Shown: piece by piece, positions 57,801-64,000 of the stretch
Position numbering within the stretch: position 1 is the first letter of the stretch
How the letters are laid out: every line of letters starts with the position of its first letter
Assembly (NCBI GenBank): GCA_025354165.1
Contig: JANXNI010000061.1
Location: 55,384-119,383 of the forward strand
Direction of reading: 5' to 3'
DNA: 64,000 nucleotides
Source: Burkholderiales bacterium
Lineage (GTDB): Bacteria; Pseudomonadota; Gammaproteobacteria; Burkholderiales; Casimicrobiaceae
The notes under the pieces: model-generated
Databases searched by the model: none
Told to the model about the DNA's origin: nothing
What the model saw: the letters and a program-made list of their open reading frames with translations, nothing else
Translations under genes and position numbers: made by a program

Positions 57801-60680
57801 CTAAGCCTCGGTAACGAAACCTTTCAAACGCTCAGCACGGCTTGGGTGACGCAGCTTACGCAGCGCTTTCGCTTCGATCTGACGAATACGCTCGCGCGTT
57901 ACGTCGAACTGCTTGCCCACTTCTTCCAGCGTGTGGTCGGTGTTCATCTCGATGCCGAAGCGCATGCGTAGCACTTTAGCTTCGCGCGGCGTCAGGGTGT
58001 CGAGCACTTCCTTGCACAGGTCGCGCAGGCTGTCCTGCACGGCGGCGTCCATCGGTGTCAGCGTGTTGGTGTCTTCGATGAAATCGCCCAGATGGCTGTC
58101 ATCGTCGTCACCAATCGGCGTTTCCATGGAAATCGGCTCTTTGCTGATCTTCATGATGCGGCGGATTTTGTCTTCCGGAATTTCCATGCGCAGTGCGAGC
58201 GTTGGCGCGTCTGGCTCGATACCCGTTTCCTGCAGGATTTGCCGCGAAATGCGGTTCATCTTGTTGATCGTTTCGATCATGTGCACCGGGATACGGATTG
58301 TGCGCGCCTGATCAGCGATTGAACGCGTGATGGCCTGACGGATCCACCACGTGGCGTACGTCGAGAATTTGAAGCCGCGACGGAATTCAAATTTGTCGAC
58401 CGCTTTCATGAGACCGATGTTGCCCTCCTGAATCAGGTCGAGGAACTGCAAACCGCGGTTCGTGTATTTCTTGGCAATCGAGATCACGAGGCGCAAGTTG
58501 GCCTCGGTCATTTCTTTTTTCGCCTTACGCGACTTGGCTTCACCCGACGACATCTGTTTGTAGATGTCTTTGAAATCTTGCAGCGGCAGATTTACTTTTT
58601 TCTGGTGATCCAGAAGCGCTTCCTGACGCTCAACCAATGCCTGACGATTTTTCGCCATGACTTCGCTGTATGGCTTGCCGAGCGCGATTTCCTTGTCGAT
58701 CCAGGTCAGATCAAGCACACGCTCCGGAAAGGTTTTGAGGAAATGATCGCGCGGCATGTGGCACTTAAACACCAGCATTTCCTGCAACTTGCGCTCATGG
58801 CCACGAATGCGCTCGACTTCCGAGCGCACGGAGTCACAGAGCTGTTCGACGATCTTCGCGGCGAAGCGAATGTCCATCATCTCTTCGGTGATCTTTTTCT
58901 GGGCCTTGACGTAGCCTTCGCTCTTGTACTCACCTTTTTCGATGTGTACGAGGAGCTTCGCGTGGTTCTTGCGAATGATGGCAAACTTCTCAAGCGACAT
59001 GGCTTTGAGTTTGGCGAGGAGTTCAGCCGAAATAGCAGCGGTGGCTTCTTCGTCTTCTTCCTCTTCTTCGGCCTCTTCCTCGTCGCCCTCAGCATCATCA
59101 GCGACGACTGCCGCAGGTGCAGGCGCAGGTGGCTCAAGTCCTGCCAAACCGTCAACGATATCGTCAACGATAGCTTCGCCTTTTTCAATCTTGTCGGCGA
59201 GCAGAAGGATTTCGGTAATCGTCATCGGGCACGCGGAAATCGCGGTGACCATGTGCTTTAAACCGTCCTCGATGCGCTTGGCGATTTCGATTTCGCCTTC
59301 GCGCGTCAAGAGTTCAACGGTGCCCATTTCGCGCATGTACATGCGAACCGGGTCGGTCGTGCGGCCGAACTCACTGTCGAGCTGGGAGATGGCCTGTTCG
59401 GCCTCTTCGGCGACGTCATCGTCCGCCACCGCAGAGGCGGTTTCCGAAATGATCAATTCTTCGGCGGCGGGCGCTTCATCGAACACCTGAATGCCCATGT
59501 CGTTAATCATCGCGACGATGGACTCGATGGCCTCGGCATCAACCAGATCATCCGGCAAGTGGTCGTTAATCTCGGAATAGGTCAGATAGCCGCGATCTTT
59601 GCCGAGCGTGATCAGCGTTTTCAGGCGCAGACGACGGGTTTCGGCATCAACCGTTTTGAACGGTGCGAGCGCTTCGAGCAAGGCCTGTTGCTTCTTCTCA
59701 AGCAACAGTTGTTTGCGCGTTTTTGGCTTGCCGGTCAACGGGTTAATGGCGATGGCTGTTGGTGCGGCGGCGACTGCATCAGCGCCGGTTGCGTCGGCGT
59801 CTGTGGCGACTGGCGCTGCGGCAACCGCATTTTTAGGGGGACGACCGGGCTTGCCGGTTTTAACGGGAAGCGGCGCGGCGACTGCGAGGCTCGCGGCGGC
59901 AGCAGTTGCAGCAGCAGCGGCAGATTTAGCGGATACGGGTTTTGCAGGACTTTTTGCAGCGGTAGCTGCCGATGGGAGTACGGGGGCGGGTGACGCGGGA
60001 ATGGCGACACGTTTTGCTTGCTTCTCGATGGGAATCTTCTTTATTGATGTCTTGACGACCGGGGTTTCCGGAATCACCGAGGCCTTAACGGTCGGCTTGG
60101 TCGTTGCTTTTACTGGAGGCTTGGCGACCGCTTTTGCGACCACCTTCGGAATGGATTTGGCGACAGTGACAGCCGCCTTAGGCGAGGCCTTAGCGACGAC
60201 TTTGGCGACTACTTTCGCTTTGGCAGGCACGGGCTTGGCTACCACTTTGGCTGACGGCTTGGCCGTTTGCCTAGCTACAGTTTTGACTGCTGGCTTGGCA
60301 ACAGGTTTCGCGCTTTTTGCTTTCGGCACCGGTTTTGCGACAGGCTTTGCTGCCGGTTTCGCGATCGCCCTGGTTGTCGTCGACTTCTTGCTGACGGGCT
60401 TGGTCACCTTAACCGCTGATTTGGCGGCGGGCTTTGCTTTACTCACGGGTTTGGCCTTGACTGCCACTGCTTTTGCCGACTTCGGTGCGGGTTTGACCAC
60501 TTTGGCCTTCGCCGCCGTTTTCGAGACTGGCTTTGCTGGCTTCTTCACCGAGGTGACCGTGCGCGCCTTTGCCGCCGGCTTGGCGACAGGCTTCGCTTTG
60601 GCCGTTTTGCTGACGGCGCTTTTCGAGCCTTTGATGGCTTTCGCAACTTTAGTGGCGGGTTTAGATTTGGCTTTGACCAT
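57801..60680 (-). CDS. rpoD: primary sigma factor RpoD with a long Lys/Ala/Pro-rich N-terminal extension
   Basis: Region 1.1 ([13 protein letters not shown]), [37 protein letters not shown] and [20 protein letters not shown] motifs. Confidence 0.97.
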   Translation of the reverse strand: MVKAKSKPATKVAKAIKGSKSAVSKTAKAKPVAKPAAKARTVTSVKKPAKPVSKTAAKAKVVKPAPKSAKAVAVKAKPVSKAKPAAKSAVKVTKPVSKKSTTTRAIAKPAAKPVAKPVPKAKSAKPVAKPAVKTVARQTAKPSAKVVAKPVPAKAKVVAKVVAKASPKAAVTVAKSIPKVVAKAVAKPPVKATTKPTVKASVIPETPVVKTSIKKIPIEKQAKRVAIPASPAPVLPSAATAAKSPAKPVSAKSAAAAATAAAASLAVAAPLPVKTGKPGRPPKNAVAAAPVATDADATGADAVAAAPTAIAINPLTGKPKTRKQLLLEKKQQALLEALAPFKTVDAETRRLRLKTLITLGKDRGYLTYSEINDHLPDDLVDAEAIESIVAMINDMGIQVFDEAPAAEELIISETASAVADDDVAEEAEQAISQLDSEFGRTTDPVRMYMREMGTVELLTREGEIEIAKRIEDGLKHMVTAISACPMTITEILLLADKIEKGEAIVDDIVDGLAGLEPPAPAPAAVVADDAEGDEEEAEEEEEDEEATAAISAELLAKLKAMSLEKFAIIRKNHAKLLVHIEKGEYKSEGYVKAQKKITEEMMDIRFAAKIVEQLCDSVRSEVERIRGHERKLQEMLVFKCHMPRDHFLKTFPERVLDLTWIDKEIALGKPYSEVMAKNRQALVERQEALLDHQKKVNLPLQDFKDIYKQMSSGEAKSRKAKKEMTEANLRLVISIAKKYTNRGLQFLDLIQEGNIGLMKAVDKFEFRRGFKFSTYATWWIRQAITRSIADQARTIRIPVHMIETINKMNRISRQILQETGIEPDAPTLALRMEIPEDKIRRIMKISKEPISMETPIGDDDDSHLGDFIEDTNTLTPMDAAVQDSLRDLCKEVLDTLTPREAKVLRMRFGIEMNTDHTLEEVGKQFDVTRERIRQIEAKALRKLRHPSRAERLKGFVTEA

Positions 60681-60895
60681 GATTCAAATTTCCAATGCAC
60701 AACGGGCAAACAAGCCCGGCAAGAGAGGCGGCAAATGAACGCAACTTCGCGTCAGTCGGTTGCAAGCCAATGGTCGAGTATTCATCCATCGTCATGCGAC
60801 TAACTGGTAAGCTAGGTGAGGGTAACCCTCGATTTTACCAGCGAGTCTCTTAGAAGAGCTGCTTTTTAAATCGAGCGAAATGTCGGAACGGGTAG

Positions 60896-61011
60896 CAGCT
60901 TTTTGTAAAAAAGACGCCTGTATAAGGGCTGAAGACAATAAACGGTATAAGTCGATAAGTAGCGAAATCGCCCATTAGCCCAAATGCCGCTGGACTTTTC
61001 TGAAAAAGCTG
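60896..61011. repeat. 116-bp symmetric intergenic element, copy 6 (between divergent rpoD and RND genes)
   Basis: CAGCTTTTT 60896, AGGGCT 60925, TCGA 60952, AGCCCA 60977-60982, AAAAAGCTG 61003-61011. Confidence 0.9.
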
Positions 61012-61154
61012 TTTCCGGAATAGCGCGCAAAATTTACCCGCAACTCGCGCCCAGATATGGGGGCTTTGTCGCACCATCCGTGCACGGCTACTACAAATAC
61101 CCTAGCCTTCATTCATCAAGAACACAGGGGACGGGCCACAAGCCCAAACGAGTC

Positions 61155-62357
61155 ATGCGAATCAAACGATGGATGGGAGTGACGCTGATCGCTCTGGCAG
61201 TGGTCGGTGTCGTCGGTGGCGGAGCCTGGGGCTACAAAGCGTATGCCGCCAAGCAGGCTGACGCGAGCTCCAGCGCGGGCAAAGATGGCAAAAATGGCAA
61301 GGACGGCAAGAAGGCTGACCCTGTTCTGGCGTTGGCGGTGGTGGACATCGCGACCGCTGGCCCGGCCACGCTGATCCAGTCATTTGCCGTTGCCGGTACC
61401 GTCGACGCCGCACGTCAGGCTGTCGTCCGCTCGCGTCACGCCGGTGCCGCGACCGGCATTACCAAGCGCGCTGGCGACATGGTGAAAACCGGTGAACGAC
61501 TGGCGGTGGTCGACAGCGACGAGTTGCGGCTGCGTCTCATTGAGCGCGAATCTACTGTGCGTCAAGCGCAGGCAGCGTTGACGGTGGCTGAGTCAGCTCG
61601 CGCACAACAGCGCTCCCTGGCGGATCGCGGCTTTATCTCCAAAGCCGCGCTTGATAGCGCCGAAAGCAGCTACGTGAGTGCCCGCTCGATGTTCGAGGCC
61701 GCCAAATCTCAACTCGATATGGCGAAATCGGCCATTGCGGAGACCGTGCTCATGGCACCGATCTCCGGCGTCATTTCGAAGCGTGCCATCGAGCCGGGCG
61801 AGCGGATCACGGGAGAGATGACTGTGTTCACGATTCTCGATCCGACATCGCTTGAGGTGATCGTTCCGGTCGCGGCGGAGCGCGTGGCCGAACTCAAGAT
61901 CGGCCAGAAGGCTAAATTTCAGCTGGATAGCAGCGGCGCGACCATCGAAGGTGTGCTGTCACGCATTATTCCCACGACCAGCAGCGCAGCGCGCACCGTC
62001 GAAACACGCTTTTCTTTACCTGCCGCGACCGGCGTGCCAGCAGGCGCTTTCCTGTCGGGGCAACTGGCGCTGGGGCAAAGCACCGCGCCGATTACGATTC
62101 CTCGGGTCGCGGTAAAGACGGATTTGAACGGTAATTACGTCTGGGTCGTCCGTGACAACAAAGCGCAAACCGTGCGCGTGAAGCTGGCCATCGGCGCCGA
62201 TGAATCAAATCCGTTGGTGCCGGTGACCGACGGCGTCGCGGTTGGCGCAACGGTTTTGACGCTGCGTGGCGTGGAGCCGAATGAAGGTCAGTCGGTAGTG
62301 ATGCCAGGAGCGTCGCCAACCGCCGCACCCGCCGCCGTCACGTCGGCATCGAAGTAG
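61155..62357 (+). CDS. RND efflux periplasmic adaptor (MFP)
   Basis: N-terminal TM anchor, lipoyl-like GDMVKTGERL, alpha-hairpin, APISGVI; start ATG 61155 preferred over 60984. Confidence 0.92.
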   Translation: MRIKRWMGVTLIALAVVGVVGGGAWGYKAYAAKQADASSSAGKDGKNGKDGKKADPVLALAVVDIATAGPATLIQSFAVAGTVDAARQAVVRSRHAGAATGITKRAGDMVKTGERLAVVDSDELRLRLIERESTVRQAQAALTVAESARAQQRSLADRGFISKAALDSAESSYVSARSMFEAAKSQLDMAKSAIAETVLMAPISGVISKRAIEPGERITGEMTVFTILDPTSLEVIVPVAAERVAELKIGQKAKFQLDSSGATIEGVLSRIIPTTSSAARTVETRFSLPAATGVPAGAFLSGQLALGQSTAPITIPRVAVKTDLNGNYVWVVRDNKAQTVRVKLAIGADESNPLVPVTDGVAVGATVLTLRGVEPNEGQSVVMPGASPTAAPAAVTSASK

Positions 62358-62372
62358 CGAAGGAATCACATC

Positions 62373-64000
62373 ATGTTCATGACTCGCGTTGCAATCAAAA
62401 ATCCGGTGTTCTGCACCATGGTGATGTTTGCGCTCATGGTGATGGGTGCGGTATCGTATTTTCGGCTGCCGATTGACGCGATGCCGGAAGTTAATCTGCC
62501 GTTCGCCTTCACGGTCGTACAGTACCCCGGAGCCAGCCCACAGGCGGTTGAGAGCGATCTCACCAAGCCGATTGAAAACGCACTCAACACGATTTCTGGT
62601 GTCAAGAAAATTACCTCACGTTCGCGTGAAAATTCGAGCCTCGTGATCGTCGAATTCGCGATGGGGACGGACATTAAAGTGGCGATGCAGGAAATGCGCG
62701 ACAAGCTCGCGCAGATTCGCTCCGGCTTCCCGAAAGAGGCGAAAGAGCCGTTCGTTTCACAGGCCAACCGCGACGATGATCGCGCCGTCGTGTCGTTGGG
62801 CGTGACGTCGAAGACGCGTACCCTGCCTGATCTTTCATACATGGTGGAAGAGGTGATCCGTCGTCGTATGGAAAACGTGACTGGTGTGGCCACTGTCAAT
62901 ATCAACGGCTCATCAACGCGCGAAATTCAGATCGAACCGGACACCGCGAAGTTGCGAGCACGTCGGATCGGGATCGACCAGCTGCTCGCGGCGTTGCGTA
63001 CTGACAATATCGACGCTCCCGTTGGCAATATCACCATCGGGCAGAACGACAAATCCGTACGTGTGGATGCGCGCTTCAAATCGGTCGCGGATTTCTCTAA
63101 TCTGGTGGTTGCGCGCCGCGATGGATTGCAGGTGAGATTGGGCGATATCGCCAACATCGTGGACGGCAGCAAGGAGCAAACCAGCTTTGCGCGGATCGAT
63201 GGTGTGCGCGCTATCAGCCTCGACATGCTCAAAGTGCGTGGCAGCAATACGGTTGAAGTGGGTGTCGGCGTGAAGGCCGCGATTGAGCGACTGAAACAGG
63301 AGCTGCCGAAAGACATTGAATTGTCGATTCTGTCGGATCAATCCAAATACGTAAAAGCCAGCGTTGATGGCGTCAAACGCACCATCATTGAAGGCGGTCT
63401 GCTCACCGTGTTTATTGTGTTTCTGTTCCTGTCGTCATGGCGCAGCACCATCATCACCGGGCTCACGCTGCCGATCTCGGTCATTGCAACATTCACTGCG
63501 CTTTACGCGTTCGGATTTACGCTGAACAACCTGACATTGATGGCGTTGTCGCTGTGTATCGGCTTGTTGATCGATGACGCGATTGTGGTGCGCGAAAACA
63601 TCGTTCGTCACCTGGCGCTCGGCAAATCACACAAACAGGCCGCGCTTGAAGCCACGCAGGAAATTGGCCTCGCCGTGCTGTCCACGACGCTCGCAATTGT
63701 GGCCGTATTTGCGCCGGTGGCGTTCATGGGCGGCATCATCGGATTGTTCTTCTTCCAGTTCGGTTTGACAGTGGTCGTCGCCGTGATGATCTCTTTGTTT
63801 GTGAGCTTCACGCTCGACCCGATGCTCTCGTCCGTATGGGCTGATCCTGCCGGAAATCGCTTCAAGCGTTTGCCGTGGCTCGGTAAATTCCTCGCTTGGT
63901 TTGATAGCAAGATGGAGGCGCTGCAACACCGCTATGAGCGCGTGATCCGCTGGTCGCTTGGACATCGCAAAACGGTGCTCGGCGTTGCGTTCGGATTGTT
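62373..64000 (+). CDS. RND efflux permease, AcrB/AcrD/AcrF family (3' truncated by window)
   Basis: My translation starts MFMTRVAIKNPVF, with YPGASPQAVE and GLLIDDAIVVREN further on; absent from the ORF track because no stop lies in the window. Confidence 0.93.
   Translation, partial: MFMTRVAIKNPVFCTMVMFALMVMGAVSYFRLPIDAMPEVNLPFAFTVVQYPGASPQAVESDLTKPIENALNTISGVKKITSRSRENSSLVIVEFAMGTDIKVAMQEMRDKLAQIRSGFPKEAKEPFVSQANRDDDRAVVSLGVTSKTRTLPDLSYMVEEVIRRRMENVTGVATVNINGSSTREIQIEPDTAKLRARRIGIDQLLAALRTDNIDAPVGNITIGQNDKSVRVDARFKSVADFSNLVVARRDGLQVRLGDIANIVDGSKEQTSFARIDGVRAISLDMLKVRGSNTVEVGVGVKAAIERLKQELPKDIELSILSDQSKYVKASVDGVKRTIIEGGLLTVFIVFLFLSSWRSTIITGLTLPISVIATFTALYAFGFTLNNLTLMALSLCIGLLIDDAIVVRENIVRHLALGKSHKQAALEATQEIGLAVLSTTLAIVAVFAPVAFMGGIIGLFFFQFGLTVVVAVMISLFVSFTLDPMLSSVWADPAGNRFKRLPWLGKFLAWFDSKMEALQHRYERVIRWSLGHRKTVLGVAFGL

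Noticed and set aside
59599-60738. 379-aa plus-strand ORF opposite rpoD
   Set aside because: Shadow frame of the low-complexity rpoD extension.
60984-61154. 57-aa N-terminal extension of the RND adaptor
   Set aside because: Starts within element copy 6; the typical membrane-anchor N-terminus begins at ATG 61155.

Overview
Mostly core chromosomal DNA of a GC-rich bacterium. Gene content and order (ispE-tRNA-Gln-prs-rplY-pth; phoH-ybeY-corC-lnt-glyQS-gmhB-plsC; cyaY-lptM-lysA; mltD-gloB-rnhA; rpoD-tRNA-Ile) look betaproteobacterial; that taxonomy is an inference. I saw no prophage, integrase, transposase, rRNA or CRISPR array. The main unexplained signal is non-coding: six copies of a 115-116 bp intergenic element with dyad symmetry (2538, 14347, 18818, 35723, 46489, 60896). 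Each copy has five short boxes at fixed spacing (CAGCTTT, GGGGCT, central TCGA, AGCCCC, AAAGCTG) while the spacers diverge, and copies occur between tandem, convergent and divergent genes about every 4-17 kb. Other notable items are a GTAG-type REP/REPIN family (4 loci, one supplying the metC stop codon), an M.NgoMIV-like methyltransferase paired with an HNH nuclease with apparent GCCGGC scarcity, an RpoD carrying a ~345 aa histone-H1-like N-terminal extension and lacking its usual dnaG neighbour, a 24x PAAKK histone-like protein, a perfect 20 bp inverted repeat, an orphan EntB/PhzD-type isochorismatase, and six solute-binding proteins without transporters. All calls were made by eye from the sequence and ORF track; no searches were run.
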